Below are positions 12,274 to 25,114 of a stretch of DNA of 64,000 nucleotides, one piece after another; positions within the stretch are counted from its first letter, which is position 1; each line of letters begins with the position of its first letter. The stretch is taken from contig JAQGDQ010000015.1 in NCBI GenBank assembly GCA_030141605.1, forward strand, positions 682,001-746,000, in the 5' to 3' direction. The notes below the pieces were generated by a model that made no database searches, was not told where the DNA came from, and worked only from the letters and a program-made list of their open reading frames with translations. The DNA is from Tubiluchus corallicola (taxonomy: Eukaryota; Animalia; Priapulida). Position numbers and translations under genes: made by a program.

Positions 12274-13749
12274 TAGTAAGATAAGTTAAGTTTAGAAAAT
12301 GGGTATTTGAAACTTTTGCAATCTGGAAAATCAATACTGAGAATACCATTAACATTAATCTTGTTAAACTTGCAGAGAAATATATTTTCTTAAAGCAGGC
12401 ACCTGTACATTTTATTCACTCATTTAAGCTTAAGCATAATACCAGATTTCACAGTTAAAAAAACATCAGCCAAGCTTATCAACAACAAGCTATAACAAAG
12501 CAGGACAATCTTTCAAAACACAATCTACCCTATTTTGAAGTATGGTAAAAATGTAGATTTTACCACTTACAATAACTTTAGAATGTTTCAATAATTAAAT
12601 ACTGTAAACTAAAAAAAAGTATGAGCTAAATTTTTGCGAATTTAGCTTCAACGCCTTGTTTGCACAGTGATATTTTTGAGATGCAGCCTTACATACGTTG
12701 ACAAAAGAACCAGTCCTAGTTATCACATTCCTGGGTGGGCAACTTTGCTAATGTTGTAAAAAAACTGGTGCATTGATTTACTGTTCTACGGCATTGCCAG
12801 TTATCCCTATTACAGCAGACCTAAATTAAACAGAGAAAACTTATATAATAACTAATTTGTTATATTTATGTGTGTAAAAAATAGTCGCTGTATTTCATCA
12901 GATAATTATTAACACGTGTGCTGGTACAGTAAACTACAAGCACTAAACATGATTACATTGTTTTATAAAGTGAACGGTTACCATTAAATAAAAAGCTTGG
13001 ACCTGGAAAATTATGAGTCTGTCCCTACTCGCAAAATTCGCATACATTTTCAGCACAAACTAATTTTACTATTTACAGCATAAGAAGCATCAGCCTAAAT
13101 ACCTATTAATGGCTGGATAGTACAGCTAAAGATAATGTCATAAGTGAACATATTTTTTAAGCGTTAGATAAGAATTCCATAAGTGTGCTGCACGTATTTG
13201 CAAAAACGAAAATTGAAACACAATAATATTGTATAACATAAAAACTCTGCAAATTTTAAGTTTAAAAATTTGAATTTTAACACTGAAATCACAAGATCTG
13301 CACAGTAGATTAAAAACAATAAACAATCAATGGAAAGAAGATGGTACTGAAAAAATGCGCACCAAAATTCGAACCCAGAACCAATAGTTTCAAGTTTACC
13401 CTATGCCAAAATGCTCTTTCACAATGTGTGTACAGCATCATAAGTGAACTGTGGTCTTATGTCTCTTGATCAAGCACAGCACCTATCTTTTTTAATGTGT
13501 TTTGCAGACACAAGCAGAAATGGCAAAATGTGTGCAATAGCAAAAAACATGAAATTAGGTTTCTGCTACTGAGTTCTGCAATAATAATTCTGTCACATAA
13601 GCCATCCTTAATAAAACAATATTTTCCCTTTCAAAGTTTACACAATTGTTTAAAATGTGGTTTTCTTTTTCTAAAAATACATTGATTTTACTACTTCAGG
13701 TGCCTAATACAATCACAATGATGTGTTCTACCACAAAAATTATCAACCC

Positions 13750-14460
13750 GGTGTTATTTGTTATATATACATCAGTGATCTGCCAAAAAATATTGCCTCT
13801 ACCACACTGATGCTTGCAGATGACACTAAATTGTATAGAGCGATACAATCAGAAAAAACAGGAAAACAATCCAAGAGGATCATAACAACATGGTAAAATG
13901 GAATTAAGGCAGGCTTTAAATTCCAATACTGAGAAATAAAGCTATGAACATCACAAGTAGTAAAAAAGTTTATCCTGATAGTGAGTATAAGTTGACTGAT
14001 GGAAGAAATTGTAACCAGATTCTGTGGGTGGCATCCAAAAAGGATCTGGGAGTAACATTCAAAAGACTGCTAACTTTCAAGGTTCAAGAAAAAAATGAGT
14101 AAAGCCAAGGCAATGGTGGGAATAACACAAAGCTTCATCAATTTGGATCATGAATTTCATGATACCCTTCTTTCTTATACAAGGTGCTGGTGAGGCCACA
14201 CCTTGAATTATCTTGCTCTGTTTGGCACCTGCCATGATTGGCTTAATTGATAATATTGAACAAGTTCGGAGGTACACCACAAGAACACTGACTGACTTAA
14301 AAGAATACCATATACAAGAGTACCAAAACACGTACACTGGCTTACAGAGGAGAAATAATAGAAACGTATAAAATCCTGCAACAAAAGCATGACACTGCTA
14401 CATCTAAGGACAGAGGAGGCATAAAAGTTCAACAAGAGGACATCATCAGAAGCTATATCG
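13750..14460 (+). mobile_element. Decayed CR1/L2-like LINE ORF2 fragment
   Basis: Remnant peptides DLP...LADDTKLYR, KDLGV, LYKVLVRPHLE, IEQVRR, interrupted by frameshifts and stops. Confidence 0.8.
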
Positions 14461-15079
14461 AAGTTTCCTAAGGTAAGGTATCATTGCAAATCCAGTTGCG
14501 CCCATCATCATCCGACATCCTGAGCGTCGTACTGTCAGAAGTCCATATCATCGAAGGTAAAGCGATGTGCACCGACGTGACAGACGGAGGTCGTGGAGCA
14601 AGCTTGAACAGGTCGCCAGACACACTTTAGCTGCTTTTTATCACTAAGGATTTAGGTACTACATTACTTTGCTACATTTACTTTTATATAAAATTTTTTG
14701 GAGATATATAGAAACTACAGATAATGGAATATTTTAGATATTTACATGCACAAAATTAATAACATAGGCACTTTGGTAAGCACCACCGAAAAGCATGCAA
14801 AACGAGCAACAAGGCAAACCTTTCTCGATTCCATTGCACTAAGAGCTTGTTAACCCACGACTTAACTTAAACGGCGTTTAAAACAAGACAAAAAATAAGA
14901 TTAAGATTTAAGCAGAATTTTAATGTTTAATGCTGCGTTTAAATTTCCGACATTTCACTGTGATTTATCGCAATTAATTTATCATTTAAGTCACAACTAT
15001 GGAGATGGTTACTACAGGATGGATGGTTTGAAAGTCATTATAGTTCCTATAGTTCGTCCATTGACATTCCTCATCATCG

Positions 15080-17560
15080 GGTGGATCGTTACTTTGAAAC
15101 TGTCACAGTTCCTGCTTCAACTACCTTCTCTGGAAAGTTGTTCCATTCCTTTACTGTCTTTCGGGAGATTCCTGATATCCAATTTTGGTCTCCATTTAAA
15201 GATCTTGGCATCTAACTGAACTTATAAACTTAACTTATTCCACCAGCTAAAATATATTCTCTGATTTGTCTTTTTTGTCCTTTTAAAATTCTAATTAAGT
15301 ATTTCAAGCAACTCACTTCTTATAAACGTTTTGACTTCCAATGAAACCTCTCCTGCTTTCTCAAGTTGGGTTTTGTAATAATTGTTCCATCCAAGACCAT
15401 TAAAGACTATGGCATTTTTTGTGTTGCTGATGTCTTGCTGCATAAGTGATAATCACCAAGCCTATTCACAGATAACTATACTATACTGTATGCAGAATGT
15501 TCAGATATTTGTCTAAACACAGACTTGTATGTCTGGTCTAATTTGCTCCACGCATTAGCAACAAACAGACTCACTAACAATTTTGACAAGTAACAGAAAA
15601 CTCAGGGACTTGCAACCATTTCTTAAACTACAACCTTACACAGTTTTTGAATTCCCATGAAAGTATCACACTATCGACTAGGGTTTGAGTTTTTCCTTAT
15701 TACTTTTTTCGTCAGTAAAAACAAATAATACCTGATAAACAAATTTAATGATAGCTATGTAAATAAATTCGTTGACATTGTAGGTACTGTAATCACTTGC
15801 AATAGTTGTTAAACTAACGGGTGTGTTTTAGACAGGACACGGCAGCTGAAGGACAGCATGAACTTTGTTGATTACTTCAACTGCAACTTGTCTAATCTTA
15901 ACTGACAATGCTTGATATTAATATACAGTATGTAATAGAAAAAAATTCCACCCTCGTAAGCACAATAAACCATGTGCCTTAATGAGTGTTTTACTGAGTA
16001 GCGATAAATCAGCGCTTAGGTGCATACTACAGGCTGGTCATATTATACGTGCTGTGATCATTCATTAAGTCCTTTCTAAGGCTTTCCACCATCCAATTCT
16101 TTTTTCACATGTGAAGTAATAATAAAATTATGTGTATTAGGACTGAAATTCTTTTGAGTGGACTGAGTGGACATATCCTTAAACCTTTTTCTTCATCAAC
16201 AGCTTTTATTTCCTGTCCCTTCTATTTCATATGAATGCCGTGAATTGAAGAATCTCAAATTGAGACACTTACATTCATCAACATTGAAAAGAATATACAA
16301 TTCTATGCATATCATCCTGCAATATTTCATTTGCTTATAGGTTTTGGCACTTGAAAAAAGTTTTTTCACCATATAGGAGCTACAATCCTCTTGTCTATAT
16401 GGTTTCCAGTCTTCACTAACTGGAATGGGAAAGGGAATTTCTGTGTAGCTCTAATGTTTATCATCAGCTTCTTGTGCACTACATATCAATAGCTTTGCTA
16501 AATGTTGTTGTGTTTTGTTTCTCTCTGAAGGCTCGTAGAGAAAACCAGAAAACACTTCATCAAATTAAACTAGTTTATTAAGCGAGAATTGTACAGCACA
16601 AAAGTATGAAGGAACGCGAAATGATTACACTTAACGTGAAAATCTGGAAAATCGTTTAGGAGTATCTGAAAATGCAAGTATACAAGAGAATGGGTAAGTG
16701 GCGTCTGTGCGGAATCTGCGTGTGTGTCTCAGCGGCCTGCTTCGCCTTATATGGCATGCCCGAGAAGCTTCTAGAAGTTTTGTTCCAGAACATTCTACAC
16801 AGTAAGACGATTATTCTAACGGAACATTCTACAATGTTCTATGCAATTCTAATAGATGCCAGCGATCTCCACAACAAATGCAGATAGATGACATCAGCCA
16901 GACTATATAAATCTTATCAATGAACAGGGCTTCTCTCCCCAAGAATAACAGACTAAATTTTGTTGTAACCCTTATCTAGGACCCATGTGTTTGCATGTCT
17001 GTAATATGTTAAAATCCACTAGTCAATCTGCAAGGGCCTTTTCTGAAGTATTTGGTCCTTTCTTGTATATTGGTGCTACATCTCCAAACTTCTCGAAATC
17101 CTAGAGTAAGTGGAGTTGCAAAGCATTTAATGTATAATATATCACCGTAAAAATGCTGGCTATGCTGCTCCTTGGTTATCTTTTAGGTGTTTCAGAACAG
17201 CTGTTATCGGTTCTTTGTGACTTATTAGAGTTTTTAGTTCCTTTAATTTTCGTTAAGCAGTACCTTTACTCAGCTAAACTGCAGTTAGTGGCTAGATAAT
17301 CAAATACGTAAGCTGGCTCCCGTAGCCTTGTGGCAATATCAGTTTCCGTTGTGAAAGCTGTAAAAAGTACAAAAAGTATACATTTCTCATAACTGGTCTC
17401 TCATCATCTATAAGTCCATTGGTCTCTTTTACAGCTGTTATATGCTTATTATAATAGTGTTTCTACGTGTTTAGGGTCTTCCTTTGCATTATTTGTTAAT
17501 TTCCATTCGAACTGTGTTTTTGCCATTTTAATTTCATTTCTTGTTCTTTTTTGTTTTGCT
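15080..17560 (-). mobile_element. Highly decayed CR1-like LINE pieces, interrupted by a solo LTR
   Basis: Minus-strand remnants in expected order: VAPIYKKG (~17060), LQDD...FNVDECKCL (~16300), TVKEWNNFPEKVVEAGTV (~15130). Confidence 0.6.
16506..16876 (-). mobile_element. Solo LTR, copy 1 (371 bp)
   Basis: TGTTG...CAACA termini; flanks AATGT/AATGC (5-bp TSD with one mismatch); inverted homologue of 17703-18028. Confidence 0.85.
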
Positions 17561-17702
17561 TTTATACTTAGTGAAATCATCTCATGCTTAATGAGACTTG
17601 CTTAATGTGTAATTTTACCTTGATGTGTAATTATATGTGTATAATTACTCGCAATTTAAACCTTCCTATTCCACCAATCAATTAATTAATTACTGTTAAT
17701 AT

Positions 17703-18028
17703 TGTTGTGGAGATCGCTGGCATCTATTAGAATTAAATAGAACATTGTAGAATGTTCTAGAAAGAAACTTCTCTGGCACGCTATATAAGGCGAAGCTGGC
17801 TGCTGACACACACACGCAGATTCACACGGACGCACACTTACACATTCTCTTGTATACCTGTATCTTCCGATACACTCAAACGTTTTCCAGATTTTCAGGT
17901 TTATTGTAAACATTTCGCGTTCCTTCATACTTTTGCATTGTAGAATGATCGCTTAATAAACCAGTTTAATTTGATGAAGTGTTTTCTGGTTTTCTCTACG
18001 AGCCTTCCGAGAGAAACAAAACACAACA
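17703..18028 (+). mobile_element. Solo LTR, copy 2 (326 bp)
   Basis: TGTTGTG...CACAACA termini, perfect 5-bp TSD AATAT, TATATAA at 17782, AATAAA at 17955. Confidence 0.9.
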
Positions 18029-19002
18029 AATATTAATAATTATTAAATGCACAAATTTTACATCATTACATTAGTTCAAGCTACAAATATTTGTTATACT
18101 GGAATGCAACATGGAACATTTGTTATTGGGCAGTTTTGTAAAAATCACATTCGTAAAATAGACTTATGCACAACTTTTATACCACATTATACCACATTTA
18201 TTTTATCTTCTAGCTACGCAACACTAATAATATAATTGTTTGCCTAAATATCCCTCGGTAGGACTGATATTTTAAAATATGGACCATAGAGAACGTGATC
18301 TCATGTTAAAAAAGAAAGTTCTTGTTTAATAACTTTGTGGTTTCCACCTTTCATAATGAAAAAACAACAACTAATTTTCTATATTGCCTGAAAGTAAATT
18401 AGTTCGCAAAATTTTACATTTTCTGTACAGCTATCATTGATGAAAATCACATATCAGTACAGCAGAATGGCTTTTTGAAAATCGCCATGCAATAATTTAG
18501 AAACTTTAATAATGAACAGGGCTCCAAGCCTTACGACACATTGAACACTCTACTGATTTTTTCAAGTATGTAAAATGTTTGTTTGCGGGGCAACATGCAG
18601 TGTAACAAAACAAAAAACTTACTAACATTAATAGTAAGACAAAACTCAAGGTCGCTGGGCATTGCATCAGAGAAGCACGAATCACGGACACAGATTTACA
18701 GAGAAGATCTAAGGCCTCAGTATTTTTTTCAACTATGATAATTAAAGTAGCCCTTGGTAGAACTGCAGCAGCTGCAGACATCCATTACTCCCAGACACGG
18801 TAGAAATGCGGATAAACAATTTTTAATTATTACTTTGCAGATTTAATTTCAAAGCTGGAATCTTCAGTTTTTTCTGTTTTCTAATAGCTTCAGACTGTGC
18901 CATTTAGTGGCAAAATATTCTCATGGCTGCTCACAATAATAACATTAATCAATGGTTTTAGTTATTACTGATTTCTTTCCAGTATTGCCTTGGCAAAATA
19001 AT

Positions 19003-19384
19003 CGGGGGGTGGGCATGCTCTATCAGAAAGCAAATTCGAATCGAATAGAATATGCCACTTTCTGAACTGGAATTTAACTGAATTTTGAGATTTTGTAGCA
19101 AATTCGAATTCAAGTTATTCAGTTGTCAAGATTTTCGAATATATTTTCGAATCATTAATAAAAAGTGGTCTCGTACAGATCATGCATATTACATGATTTT
19201 ATTAATAGTAAAAACAATAATAATTTGTTTAGAATCATACACAGATCGCAGCTAAATTGTGCTGCCTGCACGCTGTTTCAAACATTTTAATTTTAAAGAA
19301 TGTAATTTATGTAGTTTAAGTGCTCATTTATTCGAATCTATAATTTTAAGTTTGAATCGAATTTGTATGTTCGATGCTCACCCA
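19003..19384. mobile_element. MITE-like element with TTCGAAT-rich subterminal repeats
   Basis: Ends GGGTGGGCAT / ATGCTCACCC are imperfect inverted repeats; many internal TTCGAA(T/TC) motifs. Confidence 0.55.
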
Positions 19385-19983
19385 GCAAGATAATACTAAT
19401 TTCTGCATGTTTTAGCAACTGTTATAAATAGTTGCCTTAATAGCTACTATCGTCATCTTTACTAATTATTCGCTTCATTACAGAAAGTACATATCGTACT
19501 ACTGTTTGCTGAATATTTATGAATTAATTACGATAATATCCTTCGACTAGTATAGATAATCATAAAAAAATAAGTTGCGGCGAAACGAGTGCACCTATAT
19601 TGGGTTCCCGTAATGGGTGCACTTATAAATCTTGATCGCTTAGTTCGCTCCAACCTGCAGGCTTGCCAAGTCAACTTCATATTTTTTGTGTGTTGAATGA
19701 AATGATTGAAATTGTTGACCGGAGAAAGGTGCAATTTGTTTAGCAGATTTAAGGTTAGTTTGTTAGAATTTAATTTTATTGTGAGTAATCATTGCGTATT
19801 TGGGTAATCGTCATATACCAATATGAGTGGAAATGTTATTATGTTTCGGAATATTGTGATCAGGATAAGATTTCTGAAGGAGCTGCTGCTATCATTTTTA
19901 ATCGTGTTTCCCCTCAACTTTTCCACAAGGTTTCCCAAAAGAGAAATTTACAAGGTAGCTTGCAACGACCACGACGAAGTTCT

Positions 19984-20040
19984 GCTAGGGGGTTGGGGAG
20001 CGTTGTGCTCTCCCTTAGCGGGGTTCGCGTCATAGCCTCG
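19984..20040 (+). repeat. Fragment of a GC-rich dispersed repeat (GCTAGGGGGTTGGGGAGCG..CTCCC..AGCGGGGT type)
   Basis: Resembles a widespread invertebrate interspersed repeat core (recognised from memory, not searched). Confidence 0.4.
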
Positions 20041-20672
20041 TTCGAGGGTGCTCTTTTGTGCAGTTAAGGACAATTTAGACAAAAGAATAGGCATGACGTC
20101 GGCCAAAGAGTCAAGCACACTGGGAATTCACCAGTTTTTCGATTTTGTTCATCTTCTCCTTAACCCCTAGTTAAATTCAGTTTTTTCATAAATATTTAGG
20201 TATTGTGGGAAGGTAATGTACAACACACATGAACAGGTATAGTCAGGTGTAAACATGGTCATGGTATTAAGCTAATTTTTTTCCAGTTTGTTGGCGCTTT
20301 GCAATGCAAATGGGGGTTTTATTTTGTTTTTATTTTTTTGTTGTGTGACTATGTTGATGCGAATTCACCAATTTTTAACTAGATTATCAAGTCAATTCAT
20401 CCCTATAAAACTATATAACTGAATTGGAATCAATTGTGCCTCTTTTTATTTTATTCTTATTTTGGCTATATTTATGCTTTGAAAATATTTTCATGACTTA
20501 ATCGTCGTCATAACATCATTGTACTAACATCTGTCATTCATGTATTCCTCATCAACAATTTCTGAATTTCTACCCTTTTGCACTTAGTCCTCATTCTAGA
20601 AAGAAAGTATGTGTGTGAGTGAGTGAGTGAGAGAGAGCGATCATTTAATGCATTTCTGTTTTTGTTTCTCAG

Positions 20673-20738
20673 ATTTCAAATTTACCATTAATCTGGGCAG
20701 CACCAACACAAGATTTTCTTCCTGGTGCTGTCCAGAGG
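20673..20738 (+). other. Candidate non-coding 5' UTR exon of the p85-like gene
   Basis: Strong acceptor TTTTTGTTTCTCAG and donor GAG|GTATAA; no ATG inside. Confidence 0.4.
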
Positions 20739-22079
20739 TATAACAGTAGTCTCAATAAAAATTGTATATTAATGTTTTCTGTGTCAAAATTTGTGCTAAT
20801 TTAATGCTTTCTGTGTAAATTATCATTGTATGCTCATGGTAAATCTAGCAATAAATTCTAATTCTAAAGTCTTAGTTTGACAATTTGTTCACTTTTTTCA
20901 TTTTTTTATTAAAGAACTAGCAACTCATTTTTTAACTAATTAATGAAAGATAAATCTAGACATAGACATTTTTTATTTAATGTGATTCTGTGTGCTTGAT
21001 TTTTCTTTTTTCAATTAAAATGATTAAGCCAGCATATGAATAACACAGCACTGTAAAACACATAAAATGATGGGAGAGGCTAAGGCTGGTAAAAGTCAGA
21101 TGGTCATAAGTCAGCTATCTTTCTCCTAGTCAAACTAAACAAGATTATGGCATGTTGATTCGTATTAAATAATAAATATTACTTACAATTTATTTAAGAC
21201 AACAATTAAAGACACAGCTTTTTAGATGTTAACTATAAGCAGTGCACTGTAAAATGCTTTTTGCAGATAGGACATTGAAATATTGCACAAAAATTTAAGG
21301 ACAATGCATTTCGCAGTTTCTTTAACCTCAAAAGGCAACTGAAGTTACAAAATTTCCCTAGTTAAGTTACTGTCACAATTATAGTTACTACATGGAGATC
21401 TAATGCAGAAACTCGGTAAGAAAGTTTCAAAAAATAAGTGCAGCTTGGAATATTGCGGGTAAAAAGCTCTGGATGGCACAGTATTATCTTCCTCTAATGT
21501 GTGATATTGCAACCCCATTTAAACAAATACAGAACTAATTTGTTATAGTTTATGATCAATAATGCTGAGAATCACATAGTCCTTTTTTCTCATGATGCTG
21601 TATTCGTTCCAATGATGTGTTAAAATATAAGCTGATATCTATTTGTAATGAGTACACTCACCCCTAGTGGACATCTTAAAGCAAACTGGAAAATATAGAA
21701 ATCCGTGTAGTAACCAGCATCGCCATATCCAAGTAAATAACCTTTCCAGAAATAATATGACAGCTCGAACTCAGTAATTAATTAAGCGCTAACAAAATTA
21801 GTCTCTGCAAATAAGCACTGGATCACTATTGCATATAGTAATTTCTTTCAGAAGTGTATTTCTGTATATTGAATGTAAGTAGTGGCAGTGTCAGTGTCAG
21901 TGAAGAACAAATGCAGATAGTTGTTAAAGAAATAATATGAGTATGTGAGTGCTCGAAAACACAGTTGTTTCTATATTTGTAACAGAAATATATCACTGGC
22001 TAATCTTGTTGGCTAATTAATGTAATTGTACCAGTTGATTTGTTTGTGCACTCGATAAACTGAGCGTCTGAAAAGTCTT

Positions 22080-22470
22080 GCATTTTCTGTGTTTTGGAGG
22101 GACTCGGCCCAAATCATTGCTCTTCTAGATGTTGCTCTTGTTGTTGTTTTGTTGGGGGGTGACCTTTTGAAAGAAGTGCAAGACTCCATCATTTCACGGT
22201 ATAAGATAATTTAACATCGCAAGAATATACTAGAACAATTTCTGCATCGATTAATGGAATTAGATTTGGCAGTAATAATACAGTTTCCGATAAAAGTTGA
22301 AAGCTATATAAATCCACAATGGATTGTCATGAAACTTTGCAGGGATATACTAGAACGAATTTCGCATCAACTGACAGAGTCGGATTTTCGAACTGCCATT
22401 TACGAATTCAAGATGGCGGTGATGACATCATTTTTGAAAAAAGCCAAAGGCTCTGCTAATTTATAATGGA
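22080..22470 (+). repeat. Interspersed repeat fragment with internal duplication (ATACTAGAAC..ATTT..GCATC twice; CAAGATGGCGG..GACATCATTT)
   Basis: Internal direct duplication at ~22225 and ~22345; motif style typical of invertebrate non-autonomous elements. Confidence 0.45.
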
Positions 22471-24780
22471 TCGTTAAATTCTTTGGTTATTGTTGTAATC
22501 ATATTTATTTTATTTTGAGATGGTGAACAAATTATTGTGTTAAGTGCTTAAACAATACGGCATTTGCTAGAGTACATGGTAAAAATACGGTTAACAGTTT
22601 TTGCCTGACTTATCTATCCTTGCTTAAAAAATTAAGGTCATTATCTTTCCGTTTTTTGCTGATTAAAATTCTTAATATTTTTTATAATAATGCATGTACC
22701 GCCTCATTATTTATTTGTTTATTTAGTTTAAATTCATCTTTTTAATATTCACTACCGTGCTACTTGACACGTAAGATGAGATGAGTCCATGCACAGCTGA
22801 TATGTTTTATATGCACTTTTCGCAGTCACTCATAACCAAAAATAATGTTTTCAAGTTAAGTTTTATTATTTATCAAGTTAACTATTACCTTACCTATAAC
22901 TAATGTTAAACTTGTTATAAATGACGTAAGTTCTGGCATGTCGAATTTTACATTTCACTATGTGTACCAGATAAAAAGGTAAATGTACTATATACCTTCC
23001 GGCATAATATATATAGTTTAATCAAGGCTTCCGGCAATACCGTGCAAAATCGAAAAAATTATTTTTCTCTTTTTAGTGCACACACCTATCTGTGCAAAAT
23101 GCTTGAATAAAATCTGACTGAATTATTGTCCTTGACATATAATCCTCCTACATGAGTGCAGGAAACAGTTTAGTTGGCATGGTGTGTGTTTGGATTTCAT
23201 AGGCTTTTGATAGTTAATTAGCATCAGGTAATTAGTAAATGGAAAAGTGACCTGTGAACCATAACTACTTATGGCCAGTTTCATCTGTTATCCTGCTTCT
23301 GGCTATTTAACTCATTGTGGAAACGTTCTTGGAACTACTTTGCCCATTTCTCATCTTAGGGGATTATCCTTGACAGTAATCTGTGTTCCTGTTCTGCCAC
23401 AGCCATTCAGCATTTATATAAATGTCCTGTAGCAAAACTGACAAGTTTTGTAAACAATAGATTTTAATGATGGAATTGGTCGTGTACTGGTACAGTATTT
23501 TATTGGTACATACTCTTGTATCGGTCTGGTTCTAATGTCTACTTTGACGTCGTTGGTGGTAAACACTTGCACAACGTGGAAAAATTTATTGTTAATTTTC
23601 ATTGCTCATTATTTGTATTGGTTGGACAAGTACTAAGCTAATACTTGGGTTTGTAGTGCGCATCCAAGTTCACTGGTTCTAAGTTGAGAATGTTTTACAA
23701 GTATTCTACATTCCCAATTAAATTTTTTTTCTACTTTGATAATTTAAAAAGGGTTTCTCATCTAGACACAATAGACTTGTATCATAGCTGAGTTTACTGA
23801 GTACGGTAGCTAAATTTACACAGACTTGTTGTTGCGCTATAAATTATGTTCACATAAATATTGCGCTTTGCGTTCAACATTGAAAATCGATACTTGCTTG
23901 ATTACTTTCGCCTTTCTATCAATTGCTTTTTCCCCAGCAGGCTACTCCAGCAAGGCGCGTCAAGTTTACACAGAGTTGTTGGAGTTGAGACGTAGTTCAC
24001 TTTTGTTGTGGTAGTGAATGGCTTCTTTCTGTGTAGAGGAAGTGGAAGCTTCATTTTGAGTGCGCTGTAGGTTAGTATGTCATTCTATTACGCTCCGTGG
24101 GCGTCCCTTGTGACCTCTGTTTACGTAATACACGTGCTTGTTTTGCGGTATCGATAGTACAGTGCACTTTCATTTGAAAAAAAGTGTTATGTATCTAGAG
24201 CTTTGCTAATGTCGCGCCCATAGTCTTATTACATTAACCATTTCTCTCTTAAAATTAAAACTATCTACGTGGTGCACTGGTGAACAAAAATTCAAACAAA
24301 GCCATGAAAATTATTTAAAATGCCCAAGTCTCGAGTCTATTAAAAAGTTTTCAAATTTTCTGTAGTTGCATCTGTGTATTTAACTTTAACATCTAACCGG
24401 TCATGGCTTCTTTTCCAACTTGAATGTCATGTGAAAGTCAAGAGGTGATTAAGGTTATAGCTTTGCTATGATGTGCCCATTACTAGCAATTTAATGCTCA
24501 GTTAGGGGCTGAAAAGGTGATACATATGATCTAGTTTTGTTTTGTGCTTCATATTGTACCTGCTCTTGTAATAAGCTTTAACTATGAGTTCTAGATTGGA
24601 ATACTGTACATGATTTTTGTTTTTAGGATGGGTGCTATCATAACGTTACTTGGTGTACCTCTTGTGTGGATGTTGATTTATTGCAACACTGAATGCTTCA
24701 GTAATAGTATTTACAACCAGTCATGAGATAGTCATACGTATGCACTGACTGAGATGTGAGGTAGCCACCATATAAACGTA

Positions 24781-25114
24781 ATGAATGAAGTGGTTGTGTA
24801 CAAAGTTGAATACTGTTATGAACCAACAATTGATGACCCAGCAGCTGAAGACGAACTAGCTATTGTTCCGGGAGATCTCCTTCTAGTGCAAAAACGTGAC
24901 CTCCTAGACAAAGGCCTTAATCCAGAGGCACCTGGTAATGAGTGGCTGCGTGGGGAGAATGAACGGACAAAACTTAAAGGTTATTTTCCCTGCACTTATG
25001 TAAATTATGTTGGTGTGAGAAGTGCACCTCCTAGACCTGTCCCTCGAGTCACTCTGAAACCTTTGAGGAAATCACCATGTGATGATTCTGGTTATGGAGG
25101 GTCACCTATGAAAG
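24781..25114 (+). CDS. PIK3R1: p85-like coding exon 1: SH3 domain and Pro-rich linker
   Basis: EDELAIVPGDLL...WLRG...GYFPCTYV; acceptor at 24626, donor G|GTGAGT. Confidence 0.92.

Noticed and set aside
16506-18028. Single composite DNA transposon with long TIRs
   Set aside because: Each arm has its own 5-bp TSD and TG..CA ends, and the spacer is decayed LINE sequence; these are two solo LTRs
22409-22419. YY1 motif CAAGATGGCGG as a promoter element
   Set aside because: Lies within an interspersed repeat fragment
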